NCBI GenBank assembly: GCA_963811105.1
Contig: CAWEPZ010000002.1
Coordinates: 32,001 to 96,000, forward strand
Origin: Candidatus Bathyarchaeota archaeon
GTDB lineage: Archaea; Thermoproteota; Bathyarchaeia; Bathyarchaeales; Bathycorpusculaceae
Direction of reading: 5' to 3'
Length of the DNA stretch: 64,000 nt
Part shown: in pieces, positions 20,649 through 30,877 of the stretch
Layout of the letters: each line of letters starts with the position of its first letter
Numbering within the stretch: position 1 is the first letter of the stretch
Made by a program: the position numbers and the translations under genes
The notes under the pieces: generated by a model
Database searches by the model: none
Seen by the model: the letters and a program-made list of their open reading frames with translations, nothing else
Told to the model about the DNA's origin: nothing

Positions 20649-21167
20649 TTATTTCTCTGCCTTTTTCTCATCCTCTATCTTCAGTCTCTTAGAAAGTGTC
20701 TTCGCTAGTTCTTCTTCTTCCAGCGCCTGTTTTTCTTCGAAAGTGTGGTCTGCTGGCATCCAACTGGGTGCAGCGACACCTTTTTCCTTAAAGTACTGTC
20801 GTATTGCACGTTTCAAGGCGCCTACGGCTAGGACTCCGCAGTGGAATTTGACGCTTGGTAAGCCGCCGATTTCTTCAGTTACTTTTTTCCAAGTTATGTC
20901 AATCCAAGCTTGTTCAAGGCTTAAGCCTTTAATCATTTCAGTAACTATGCTGGATGTTGCAATGTTTGCTGCGCAGCCGTAGCTTTCAAAACTTGCCTTT
21001 TCAATGATGTCTTGAGGCGTTATTTTTAAGTAGAAGGTTATCATGTCTCCGCAAGCTGGGTTTCCTGCTACTGCTACTACGGTGGCATCATCCATTTTTC
21101 CAAGGTTTTTTGGGTTTCTAAATAAATCCATGACTTTTGGGTTGTATGGTAAAGGTATACGTGACAT
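20649..21167 (-). CDS. iscU: Fe-S cluster scaffold IscU/NifU-N with charged C-terminal extension
   Basis: NPKNLG, GNPACGD, GCAANIA, KFHC; likely start ATG 21167. Confidence 0.9.
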   Translation of the reverse strand: MSRIPLPYNPKVMDLFRNPKNLGKMDDATVVAVAGNPACGDMITFYLKITPQDIIEKASFESYGCAANIATSSIVTEMIKGLSLEQAWIDITWKKVTEEIGGLPSVKFHCGVLAVGALKRAIRQYFKEKGVAAPSWMPADHTFEEKQALEEEELAKTLSKRLKIEDEKKAEK

Positions 21168-21168
21168 A

Positions 21169-22392
21169 CTAATGCACTCCTGTTGAGCCAACTATCCCTC
21201 TTATACGATTGACAGCTGTAGGTAAAACTTCTAAAACGTAAGTTATATCCTCTTCTGTTTGATTGCGAGTGACTTTCATGAGGATACTGCCGTGTGCTTC
21301 TTCGAAAATGCGTCCGATTGCGATGAGAACGTGACTGGGTTGAAGTAGTCTGCGGCTGCATGCGCTTCCGCTGGAGACATACACTCCTGTGAGGCTGAGT
21401 TCAATGGTTAAGGCTTCGCCTTCCGCTCGTAGAATGCTGATGTTGGCGTTGTCCGGTGACCGTTTGCCCTCTTTCGGGCCGTTAAAACGTAGGTCATCTA
21501 GTTCGTCAAATATTCCGTCAACAAGCTTATCACGCAGCATACGCATTTTAGCTGTGTTTGCCTCAAAGTTTTGGAATGCAAGCTCCGAAGCCTTAGTGAA
21601 ACCAACAATTAACGGGGTGTTTTCCACCCCTGGCCAAAGCTTCTGTGTGCCAATTTGCCCTTCAAGAATGCGCTCCATGTTTATGCCATCACGCATGTAC
21701 AGTGCACCCATTCCTCGTGGACCTTGAATTTTGTAGCTGCTAACTGTGGCTAAATCAACATTTAGGTTTTGAACGTTAAATGGGATTCTACCGTAGGCGT
21801 CTGATGCATCACTGTGAAAGAGTGCTCGCGGGTTTATGTCTTTTACAATATCTACCGCTTCTTTAATAGGCTGTATTGTGCCAATCTCGTTGTTTACGGC
21901 TGAAATGCTAACAAGTATGGTTTCGTTGTCAACGGCTTCTTTGAGTTTTTCAAGGTTGATGAATCCTTCATGGTTTACTGGGATTTTTATTGTTGAGAAG
22001 CCGAATTTTTGCATCATCTCAGCCACTTGCAAGACGTTGATTGGTTCAATTTCTGATATGATGATTTTTTTGCCTTTGTTTTTCTGCGCAAAGCATGTTC
22101 CCATGATCGCTAGATTGTTAGCTTCTGTTTCTCCTGGTGTAAATGTGATTTCTTCTAAGATTTTTGCGCCTATGTCATTGCTAATTTTTTGGAAGCAGTT
22201 CATTATAACTTCGAAGGCTTCCCAGCCTGGTTTATGTGTAAGTGTTGGGTTGCCGTAGGCTCTCTTGTTAAAGTAAGGAAGCATTGCGTCAACGATTTCT
22301 TGGGGAACAATGCTTGAGTTTTCGTTGTCCAAGTAAACTTCATGTCTTATGCCTTCATGCAGTTTGAGAAGTTCCTTTACGTTTTCAACCAT
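21169..22392 (-). CDS. IscS/NifS-like (class I) cysteine desulfurase homolog with degenerate active site
   Basis: Overall IscS layout (YGNP, GETEANN, NNEIGTIQP, SSGSACS) with substitutions in the PLP and substrate motifs. Confidence 0.85.
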   Translation of the reverse strand: MVENVKELLKLHEGIRHEVYLDNENSSIVPQEIVDAMLPYFNKRAYGNPTLTHKPGWEAFEVIMNCFQKISNDIGAKILEEITFTPGETEANNLAIMGTCFAQKNKGKKIIISEIEPINVLQVAEMMQKFGFSTIKIPVNHEGFINLEKLKEAVDNETILVSISAVNNEIGTIQPIKEAVDIVKDINPRALFHSDASDAYGRIPFNVQNLNVDLATVSSYKIQGPRGMGALYMRDGINMERILEGQIGTQKLWPGVENTPLIVGFTKASELAFQNFEANTAKMRMLRDKLVDGIFDELDDLRFNGPKEGKRSPDNANISILRAEGEALTIELSLTGVYVSSGSACSRRLLQPSHVLIAIGRIFEEAHGSILMKVTRNQTEEDITYVLEVLPTAVNRIRGIVGSTGVH

Positions 22393-22499
22393 ATAGTATA
22401 CTACCTGTGAGAGAGATTAGATAACTCGTCACTCTGATAGTGCGACTTCAACTAAAAAAACCTAACCTAACCAGAGCATTGGCAGCCGTGGCAGAGATT

Positions 22500-23003
22500 T
22501 CAGGGACCCCCAGGGGTGTGTGGTGATATTTGCGGGTGGTCGTAGTAGAAAGGTGTTATTGTGCAGTTATCGATTTGAGAGCCAGTATGATTTAGCTTGA
22601 AGTCGAGCCCAAGCGTTATATGTCCTGTCATTCCGCCAAATTCATAATTGCTGTCCACAGCGAGTCCTTCCTTATTATAGGCTATTATGTGCAAATACGC
22701 ATTATACGCGGTGCCTCCACCTGTGTTGTTTAAGCGGCCACTAATGTGAAGTCTGTAGGGCAACAAGACTCTTTCATCTGTTGCATTCAAGCCAGCTGTA
22801 ATAATATTTGGTTTGCTACTGTCTGGGTTAGTTGTGTTAGTTGGCTGGAGAATTGGTACAGAAGAACCAGCATATTGTGATCTATCAGTTTGATGACTGC
22901 CTGTTTGTGAATTATGTTCAAAGTACATGATATAATTGTCATAAAAGAAAGAAGCGATAAGAACAGATGAACATGCAATGAGGGTGAGGCATACGCCAAT
23001 CAC
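22500..23003 (-). CDS. Secreted or membrane-anchored hypothetical protein (Ig-like)
   Basis: N-terminal hydrophobic helix; ISGRLNNTGGGTAYN beta-rich motif. Confidence 0.55.
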   Translation of the reverse strand: MIGVCLTLIACSSVLIASFFYDNYIMYFEHNSQTGSHQTDRSQYAGSSVPILQPTNTTNPDSSKPNIITAGLNATDERVLLPYRLHISGRLNNTGGGTAYNAYLHIIAYNKEGLAVDSNYEFGGMTGHITLGLDFKLNHTGSQIDNCTITPFYYDHPQISPHTPGGP

Positions 23004-23214
23004 TGCAATAATTAGTCTAGTGCCTATTATTAGTGCCTCCGCACTTAATTAGGAGCCGTATTGATAAGAAACTTGCCTTGCCCTCATAAAAAACAATACT
23101 GCTCGCTCGTTCATCTAATCCTAAGCAGGCAGAAAGCACATAGTAGACTAAAAAACTCTAATAACCCATGCAAACCCATACTACCATCACCCACAAAATT
23201 ATCGGGAATCCACA

Positions 23215-25446
23215 TTGAAAATTGGAGAATTGACTGTTCCAGAATCAGTCAAAGAAGTCTTGCAGGGCATGGAAATATTAGAATTGTTTCCGCCTCAGGA
23301 AGATTGCATACGAGCAGGAGTGCTGGAAGGACAAAATATTGTTTTAGCCAGCCCCACCGCTTCAGGCAAAACCTTGATTGCAGAGCTCTGCGGTCTCAAA
23401 CATGTCCTGGAAAAAAACGGCAAAGTAATTTATCTTGCTCCGTTGAGGGCGTTAGCAAGCGAAAAATTTGAAGACTTCAAAAAATACGCTTCCATACGTA
23501 AGCAGGATGGCAGAAAAGTTTCAGTCGGAATCAGCACAGGCGACTTTGACACAGCGGACAATTGGCTTGAACGATACGACATAATAGTTAGCACTAATGA
23601 GAAAGCTGATTCGTTGCTGCGGCACCGAGCTAAATGGATGGATAACATCTCGCTGGTTGTAGCAGATGAGGTTCATCTTCTAAATGATGCAGGGCGAGGT
23701 CCAACCCTTGAAGTAGTCTTGGCTAGGCTAATGCAGGTTAATCCAGACATTCAAGTTTTAGCATTAAGCGCCACTATAGGCAATGTAGATGAAATCGCTG
23801 GATGGCTAAACGCCAAATACATTGTTACTGAATGGCGCCCTGTCTCGCTTAAGGAAGGAGTTGTCATAAACGATGAAATCCAATACAAGGATGGCGACGC
23901 AAGACGAGTAGAAAAGAAAACCCGGTACCCCGCCGTAAACCTAGTTTTAAACACCATAAAAACTGGGGGACAAGCACTCGTGTTTGCTTCAACAAGGAAA
24001 AACGCGGTTTCAGCGGCAAAAACAATTGCTCAACATACAGGGGAAGTCTTATCTAAACCAATGAAGCGAACGCTGGAGCATGAAGCAGAAAAAATCTTCT
24101 CCGCAGGCGAACGAACGCAACTTAGCGAAACCCTTGCGGAGCTTGTACGGTGCGGTACAGCTTTTCACCATGCAGGTTTAGCGGGCCCTCATCGCAAGAT
24201 TGTTGAGGATGCGTTTAAGGATGGAAAAATCAAGGTTTTAACCGCTACCCCCACGCTTGCGTTTGGAGTTAACCTTCCCGCACGCATGGTTATTATTCAG
24301 GATTACAGGCGGTTTGAAGCAGGCTACGGCAATTATCCCATCAGTGTTTTAGAGTATAAACAGATGGCTGGCAGAGCTGGGCGACCCAAATATGACAAAG
24401 TGGGAGAATCAATTCTTATAGCCAAAACCTCAGATGAAGCAGACTATCTGATGGAAGGCTACATTTTGGCTAAGCCTGAACGTATTTGGTCTAGGCTTGC
24501 CGTTGAAAAAATAATCCGCGGCCATGTTTTAGCGACTGTGGCTTCAGATTTCGCTCACTCAGAAACTGGTATTTATGAGTTTTTCGGCAAAACCTTCTAT
24601 GCTTACCAATACGATGTGAAAGCTATCAAGAGCATTATCGCTAAAATCCTCAAGTACCTATACGAAGAGCAAATGCTTGACGTGAAAGGAAACGATATTT
24701 ACGCAACGAAGTTTGGCAAACGCATAAGTGAACTCTACATTGATCCAGAATCGGCAGTTGTTATTCGCGATGCCCTAAAAAATAGACCTGATTTCCTGAC
24801 GGATTTTGGATTGCTTCATTTAATTGCTCATACACCCGACATGGGACCAGTCATGAGACCCTACGCCCGCGAATTCGATCCTTTAGTACTTGCTACAGAG
24901 CAGCATAGAAACGAACTATTTATGGAAATTCCTAACCAATGGGCTGATCACATGTCATTTGAGCAGTTTTTGGGCGAAATCAAAACCGCCATGGTTATGA
25001 AGAGTTGGATTGAAGAGGTAAGTGAAGAAAAACTCATTGAACAGTTTAATGTGCAGCCAGGGGATTTGTACAGGACCATTGAAAATGCTAAGTGGCTGCT
25101 TCATGCTACTGATGAGTTAGCTCAGCTTTTTGGCGGAAAAGAAATTTTGCCTTTCACAGGCGAATTAGTAGAGCGCGTTTCTAAAGGCATAAAGAAAGAA
25201 CTGTTACCAATTGTTCGACTTGAGGGAATTGGCAGAGTCCGTGGTCGCATTATATATAATGCAGGGTATCAAACAATCGATGACATAAAACATGCGTCAA
25301 TTGAGGATTTGACGAATTTGCCGCTAGTAGGTCCAAGGTTAGCAAAGAAAATCAAGGAGCAGGTCGGCGGATTCGTAAAAAAAGATGAGTGGAATAAGCT
25401 TAGCGCTGAGCAGGAGTTTAAGCAGAAGGCGCTTGGAGACTTTTAG
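23215..25446 (+). CDS. hel308: ATP-dependent DNA helicase Hel308/Hjm (Ski2-like)
   Basis: PTASGKT, DEVH, LSAT, FHHAGL, QMAGRAGRP, C-terminal HhH. Confidence 0.95.
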   Translation: MKIGELTVPESVKEVLQGMEILELFPPQEDCIRAGVLEGQNIVLASPTASGKTLIAELCGLKHVLEKNGKVIYLAPLRALASEKFEDFKKYASIRKQDGRKVSVGISTGDFDTADNWLERYDIIVSTNEKADSLLRHRAKWMDNISLVVADEVHLLNDAGRGPTLEVVLARLMQVNPDIQVLALSATIGNVDEIAGWLNAKYIVTEWRPVSLKEGVVINDEIQYKDGDARRVEKKTRYPAVNLVLNTIKTGGQALVFASTRKNAVSAAKTIAQHTGEVLSKPMKRTLEHEAEKIFSAGERTQLSETLAELVRCGTAFHHAGLAGPHRKIVEDAFKDGKIKVLTATPTLAFGVNLPARMVIIQDYRRFEAGYGNYPISVLEYKQMAGRAGRPKYDKVGESILIAKTSDEADYLMEGYILAKPERIWSRLAVEKIIRGHVLATVASDFAHSETGIYEFFGKTFYAYQYDVKAIKSIIAKILKYLYEEQMLDVKGNDIYATKFGKRISELYIDPESAVVIRDALKNRPDFLTDFGLLHLIAHTPDMGPVMRPYAREFDPLVLATEQHRNELFMEIPNQWADHMSFEQFLGEIKTAMVMKSWIEEVSEEKLIEQFNVQPGDLYRTIENAKWLLHATDELAQLFGGKEILPFTGELVERVSKGIKKELLPIVRLEGIGRVRGRIIYNAGYQTIDDIKHASIEDLTNLPLVGPRLAKKIKEQVGGFVKKDEWNKLSAEQEFKQKALGDF

Positions 25447-26777
25447 CTTTTCGCGAATTTTTCAGCTTGCTTTACTGCTGTGCCCAAATAATTCCGAGGG
25501 TTTAATGCTGCGTCTATTTCTTTTTCGCTAAGTTTGCTACTCACAAATTTGTCATGGAATAGAACATGCTTGAAGTCCTTCTTTTCCAATGCACTTTGGA
25601 TTGTCAATTTCCTCAGCAACTCGTGTGCTTCCTGTCTATTGACGCCTTTCTTTGTCAACGCCATCATAACTGCTTCAGACATGGCGCGTCCTTGCGTTAC
25701 ATTGAGGTTCTGTAGCATCCGCTCCTTATCCACCCGCAGGTTAGCTACAATATTAACCATCAGACTTAGAATGTAATCTAGCAGAATGTTTGATTCTGGT
25801 AAAATAAAGCGCTCTGCAGAAGACTGGGTTAAGTCTCTTTCATGCCATGTAATCATATCTTCTAATGCTGGGGTGCTTAGGCTTCGGACGATACGTGCTA
25901 AACCGCAGACACGCTCGCACGTTTCAGGATTCTGTTTATGTGGCATCGTTGAGCTGCCCACCTGCTTGCTAGCCTCAAACGCCTCTAAAACCTCGCCGAT
26001 TTCGGGTCTTTGAAGCTCACGTATTTCTGTTGCGAAATTTTCCAGCGAAGAAGCAACCATCCCGTAAATGCATACAAGCTCTGCGTAGCGATCTCTTTGC
26101 ACGATTTGCGTGGAAATCTCAGCTTGGCATAGATCGAGGCGTTTCATCACAATCTCTTGGATCGCCGTTGCATGTTCACCTAAACCCGCCTGGGTACCCA
26201 CTGCACCGCTTACTTTTCCAACTAAAACACGCTTTCTGCAATCGTTTAAGCGTTCAATGTGTCTGTTTACTTCGTAGCCCCAAACCGCAAACTTGAAGCC
26301 TAAAGTAATTGGTAAGGCATGTTGACCATGAGTTCTGCCAATCATCACTGTTTCTTTATACTGGGCTGCCTTCTTCTGCAAGATAACTTTCAAATCAACA
26401 AGTTTCTTTTCAATTATTTCTTCGGCATCTTTTAATTGCAGTGCGTTGGCGGTGTCTACGATGTCATAGCTTGTTGCCCCTAGATGAACGAAAGCGCCGC
26501 TTGAACCACAAACCTCAGAAAGGGCACGGACCAGAGAGGCTATGTCATGTTTTATTTCTTTTTCAATAGCTTTTACACGTTCAACCTTCACGAATTTAAC
26601 GGAGGCCATTGAAAAAATTTTTTCAGCGTCTTTTTTTGGAATGTTGCCTACTTCTGCATGCGCCAAAGCCAAAGCTGCCTCAACATCAAGCAGTTTTTGA
26701 ACTCGATTTTCTTCTTCAAAGATTTTCAGCATTTCTGGCGTTCCATAACGCCCAGTATCAATAGGAGTGATTGGCAA
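25443..26777 (-). CDS. purB: Adenylosuccinate lyase
   Basis: HLGATS, GRTHGQHA, GSSTMPHKQNP. Confidence 0.95.
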   Translation of the reverse strand: MPITPIDTGRYGTPEMLKIFEEENRVQKLLDVEAALALAHAEVGNIPKKDAEKIFSMASVKFVKVERVKAIEKEIKHDIASLVRALSEVCGSSGAFVHLGATSYDIVDTANALQLKDAEEIIEKKLVDLKVILQKKAAQYKETVMIGRTHGQHALPITLGFKFAVWGYEVNRHIERLNDCRKRVLVGKVSGAVGTQAGLGEHATAIQEIVMKRLDLCQAEISTQIVQRDRYAELVCIYGMVASSLENFATEIRELQRPEIGEVLEAFEASKQVGSSTMPHKQNPETCERVCGLARIVRSLSTPALEDMITWHERDLTQSSAERFILPESNILLDYILSLMVNIVANLRVDKERMLQNLNVTQGRAMSEAVMMALTKKGVNRQEAHELLRKLTIQSALEKKDFKHVLFHDKFVSSKLSEKEIDAALNPRNYLGTAVKQAEKFAKS

Positions 26778-26870
26778 GTTAGTGTTCCCTCAAAGATAGG
26801 GATATACAGATTAAAGATTAATGTTTTACCAATGCTATTGAAGTGTATACATAGGGTTTTGGTGTGACGG

Positions 26871-28316
26871 ATGAAAGTAACTGTTGCAGTATTGGATAAG
26901 CATGGGGATAACGTGATTGATCGGGTTCTCGAAGTGCTCAACTCATTTGAAGGTAGGCAGTCTGCGCATTTTGGGCTAGTTTCTCCTCAGAAAACTGTCT
27001 TTGAAAAAAGTCTTGGTATTCTACGAAGACAAGGCTTAGATTCCTCTTGCATAGTCGGCTATATCTCTTCGAAACCAACCGCATCGAGTAGCTACGAGTT
27101 CCTGCAGCTGAATGAATCTGCATTGCTTTTCGAAGGAAAAGTTTACTCACCACCACCAAAAAACGCGCTGATGGAACAGGTTGCCAAGGACCCGCTCCAC
27201 TGCGAAGCCATTCTGCAAACATTTATGGCAAACGTAGATGGGGATTATTTGTTTTTTATGATAAAAGCTGGTTGGGTTGCTGCTGGAAGAGACTCGGTAG
27301 GTGTTCAACCGCTTTATTACGGTGAAAACCACGACATTGCTGCATTTGCCACAAACCGAAAAACCCTCTGGAAACTCGGCATAGAAAATCCCTTATCTTT
27401 TCTGCCGGGGCACATGGCTTTTGCAAAACGTGAAGGTTTCCAGTTCAAACCTGTAAAAACGCTCGCTTTCTCTGAGCCTACGATAATAACGTTGGATGAA
27501 GCAGCAAAGAAGCTTCAAGCCCTGCTCGAACAGTCGATCCAAAGGCGAACTCGTGGCGTGAAGGAAGTAGCTGTTGCTTTTTCAGGCGGACTTGACAGCA
27601 GCTTAGTAGCTCTTTTAGCAAGTAAACTTGGAGTCAGAGTTAACTTATTGCATGTAAGTTTGGAGAACCAAGCCGAAACTGAAGAAGCCATCGAGGCATC
27701 AAATCAGCTGAACCTGCCCCTTCAAGTATATCTTTTTAAAGATTCTGACGTAGAAAAAACCTTGCCAAAAACTGTAGCCATCATTGAAGAAGCTGACCCG
27801 ATTAAAGCTAGCGTCGGTTTACCTTTTTATTGGGCAGCAGAAAAAGCTTCTGACGAAAAATTCCGCGTAATGTTAGCTGGGCAAGGCGCTGATGAATTGT
27901 TCGGAGGTTATCAACGCTACGTCAACCAATACTGCAAAGAAGGAAGCGAAGCGGTCCTAAAAACAATGTACAACGATGTTGTAAACATTTATGAGAGCAA
28001 CCTGGAACGTGACCTCAAAATCACAGGGTTTCACGATGTTGAGTTGCGTTTGCCGTTTGCATCATTCGACATCGCCAAGTTCGCTTTAAGTTTGCCGGTT
28101 GAATGCAAAATGGAACCGAAACCAGACACTCTGAGAAAGCTGGTTTTGCGGAAAGTGGCGTTTAACGTAGGCATGCCAGACACATTAGTTGATAGGCCAA
28201 AGAAAGCTGTACAGTACTCTACCGGTATAAACGATGCAATTAAGAGGATAGCGAAAAAAGAAGGCAAAACAGTCAATGAATACATATCAGAGTTGTTGCA
28301 AAAATCTAAAATCTAA
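26871..28316 (+). CDS. Asparagine synthetase B-like protein
   Basis: RDSVGVQPLYY, FSGGLDSS, GQGADELFGGY; no N-terminal catalytic Cys. Confidence 0.8.
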   Translation: MKVTVAVLDKHGDNVIDRVLEVLNSFEGRQSAHFGLVSPQKTVFEKSLGILRRQGLDSSCIVGYISSKPTASSSYEFLQLNESALLFEGKVYSPPPKNALMEQVAKDPLHCEAILQTFMANVDGDYLFFMIKAGWVAAGRDSVGVQPLYYGENHDIAAFATNRKTLWKLGIENPLSFLPGHMAFAKREGFQFKPVKTLAFSEPTIITLDEAAKKLQALLEQSIQRRTRGVKEVAVAFSGGLDSSLVALLASKLGVRVNLLHVSLENQAETEEAIEASNQLNLPLQVYLFKDSDVEKTLPKTVAIIEEADPIKASVGLPFYWAAEKASDEKFRVMLAGQGADELFGGYQRYVNQYCKEGSEAVLKTMYNDVVNIYESNLERDLKITGFHDVELRLPFASFDIAKFALSLPVECKMEPKPDTLRKLVLRKVAFNVGMPDTLVDRPKKAVQYSTGINDAIKRIAKKEGKTVNEYISELLQKSKI

Positions 28317-28382
28317 CTCCATGCTATTCATGCATGGTATCAAATTGTTTTTGAAAACACTCAAAAATAGGTAGATAACTAA

Positions 28383-29714
28383 TCACGGCGTTAGTCTTAC
28401 CCTGTCACGCGGATACAACGTTACTTCCCGAATATTTTTTTTTCCAGTCAGAATCATCGTTAACCGCTCAAGCCCAATAGCCCATCCAGCATGAGGCGGC
28501 ATGCCATAATCAAACGCTTGCAGATGATTCTTAAAGGATTCAGGGTTGAGTCCCTTTTCATTCATTCTTTGAATTAACTGCTCTTTTTGGGAAATTCTTG
28601 TTCCGCCTGAAACTAGTTCGATGTAGCGCCACATTAAATCGAAGCCTTCACAAACTTCAGGCTTGTCATCGCGTGGCTTAATATAGAAAGCCTTTGCATG
28701 TGTGGGCCAATCGGTTATGAAGTAGAAGTATGGATAGAGTTTTGCTAGTTCTCGGAATGCTTCTGTGGGGATGTCTTCGCCCCAGGGAATGTTTACGCCC
28801 TGTCCTTTGAGATCATCGAGAACTTGATCGTATGATAAGTGCTTAAACGGAATCTGTGGCACTTCAAACTTGTATTTTAGCACTGAAAGCTCAGCTGCAC
28901 ATTTCTCCCTTACTGTGACGCAGGCGTGATGTATGACCTCTTCAAGAAGCGTCATAACGTCTTTAGCATCCGCAAATGCTAGTTCTATGTCAACTGACGT
29001 GAACTCGCTAAGGTGTCTGCGAGTGTGCGATTCTTCAGCCCTAAAGAACGGCCCAACCTCAAACACATTTTCAAAACTTAACGTTAATTCTTCCTTGTAG
29101 AGTTGCGGACTCTGAGCAAGATATGCTTTTTGACCAAAATAATCTACCGCAAAAAGTTCTGCTCCACCCTCCGTGGCTGAAGCAATAATGCGTGGAGTGT
29201 GAACCTCCAAAAAATTCTTTTGGAATAGGAAGCTTCTGATTGCTTCAAGTGTGGTATGCTGGATTTTGAAGGCTGCTAAGCTTTTTTCTTGGCAGAGATC
29301 CAGCGCCCTTGCATCTAACCGTGCTTCAATGTTGGCAGGTGTCTTTCCCGTAATATCAATGGGTAATTGTTCTGTAGCAGTGTTCAAGATTTTGATCGCG
29401 TTGGGTACAACTTCTATGCCCCTTGGTGTCATGTTCGTTTTCTTAACTTTACCTTTAATGGCTAAGCTGAATCTCTTTTGCAGAAGATCTGACTTAGCTA
29501 AAACTTCAGGAGCAATTCTTTTTTTGGGAATTGTTATTTGGATTGTTCCTTCGCGGTCTTGCAAAATAATAAAGCGTATTCCGCCTAGATCGCGAATTTC
29601 TTGAACCCAACCAAAAAGAGTAATCTCTTGTCCATCAATCTCAGGAGTTACCTTACCAGTGTAGTGTGTTCTAATCCAGTCACCGATAGAGTCCACATTC
29701 ATGGTTACTCCCAA
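28383..29714 (-). CDS. aspS: Aspartate-tRNA ligase (archaeal type, probably non-discriminating)
   Basis: OB-fold N-terminus, AQSPQLYK, FRAE, GMPPHAGWAIGLERL; Pro in the L1 loop (MTPRG). Confidence 0.93.
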   Translation of the reverse strand: MGVTMNVDSIGDWIRTHYTGKVTPEIDGQEITLFGWVQEIRDLGGIRFIILQDREGTIQITIPKKRIAPEVLAKSDLLQKRFSLAIKGKVKKTNMTPRGIEVVPNAIKILNTATEQLPIDITGKTPANIEARLDARALDLCQEKSLAAFKIQHTTLEAIRSFLFQKNFLEVHTPRIIASATEGGAELFAVDYFGQKAYLAQSPQLYKEELTLSFENVFEVGPFFRAEESHTRRHLSEFTSVDIELAFADAKDVMTLLEEVIHHACVTVREKCAAELSVLKYKFEVPQIPFKHLSYDQVLDDLKGQGVNIPWGEDIPTEAFRELAKLYPYFYFITDWPTHAKAFYIKPRDDKPEVCEGFDLMWRYIELVSGGTRISQKEQLIQRMNEKGLNPESFKNHLQAFDYGMPPHAGWAIGLERLTMILTGKKNIREVTLYPRDRVRLTP

Positions 29715-29716
29715 CC

Positions 29717-30226
29717 TTAATCTGCAATTTCAACGCGTAAAGACATTTTACGTACTTTACTAGCGATTTCCTTCAAAGCCTTAAGATCAAAAGGCAGTTG
29801 TGAACCACGTTTGCGCTTAAGTATAACTCTGGTTTCAGTAGTTCCATCGGGCAGCCAAATAGTGTTAATTGTTAGGATACTGAATGGAATAAATAGGTCT
29901 TCCAAGAATTTGCGATCATCAACACCATACTCTAAAACCTTAACATTTTTGCCCGTTTCATCGCCTAATGCTTTGATGATTTTGCCGCTATAACCTAAAA
30001 TTTTCGGCACATCTCCATGACCGACGATGATGGCTAAGGTTTTTTCAACATCAACTGCTTTGTAGAAACAGACATTTTGCAGGGTGGGATACTTCTCTTC
30101 AAGGGAGAGCAGTAAACGAGCAACTTTAAGATCTAAATCAGTAATTTCTCCAGCTTTAACTTTTGCTGAACATTTTTGGCATAGAATGCCGCTTTTTAAG
30201 CAGAAACTGCATAGTTCCGTTTTCAT
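29717..30226 (-). CDS. NusA-like KH-domain protein with Zn-binding N-terminus
   Basis: CSFC..SGILCQKC; LGYSGK KH loop. Confidence 0.75.
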   Translation of the reverse strand: MKTELCSFCLKSGILCQKCSAKVKAGEITDLDLKVARLLLSLEEKYPTLQNVCFYKAVDVEKTLAIIVGHGDVPKILGYSGKIIKALGDETGKNVKVLEYGVDDRKFLEDLFIPFSILTINTIWLPDGTTETRVILKRKRGSQLPFDLKALKEIASKVRKMSLRVEIAD

Positions 30227-30272
30227 TTTTCTGGACTTTTTCCTGCAAAGATAGGAGTTTGCTAATGAGTGA

Positions 30273-30551
30273 TTAACGTATCAACGTTATTTCTATTGTG
30301 CTCACGTTTGTGGCTTGTTCGCCTTCGTCTTGAGGTAGGAACTTGTCTGTTCCAATGCTTATGCTTTTGATTCTTGCGTCTGGCAGGAATCTGTGCCTAA
30401 CAACTTCCGCAACGTCGATTGCTCGGCTAATGGATCGTCCGCGTGCTTTTATGCTGACTTCTTTTGCTCCGCCATGGAAGAAAGTAATGCAAGCGAGGAC
30501 ATAGTTCATTATTGGTTTTTTGCCGATTAAGACTGCACTATCTTCTGTCAC
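30273..30551 (-). CDS. albA: DNA/RNA-binding protein Alba
   Basis: [31 protein letters not shown]. Confidence 0.95.
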   Translation of the reverse strand: MTEDSAVLIGKKPIMNYVLACITFFHGGAKEVSIKARGRSISRAIDVAEVVRHRFLPDARIKSISIGTDKFLPQDEGEQATNVSTIEITLIR

Positions 30552-30877
30552 GCCTTCGCATCACTCCTAGTTTACTTTTAAGTGGCTTCACTAAAGATTT
30601 TTTTCAAAATAAATAGGTTGTGGTATAAGCTCAAGGTTCTTGCTGAATGTCTGCAAATTGAATTTCCGGTGTTTTCTTTTGCAGTTTTTGTGTTAGATTT
30701 TGTTCTGTTATAGCAAGTACGCTAACTAACTCTATACGCTTGTCAGGTTAGCCTGGGCTGCTAGAAAGCCGTGTATGGTTACGGCTGTGTCTTGCGATAT
30801 TTTAGCTTGTCTTGGGGCATCAAATTATTAAGTAACCTCACTATTGTAAAGTTTTAAGTTAACAAAACCTAACAAAA

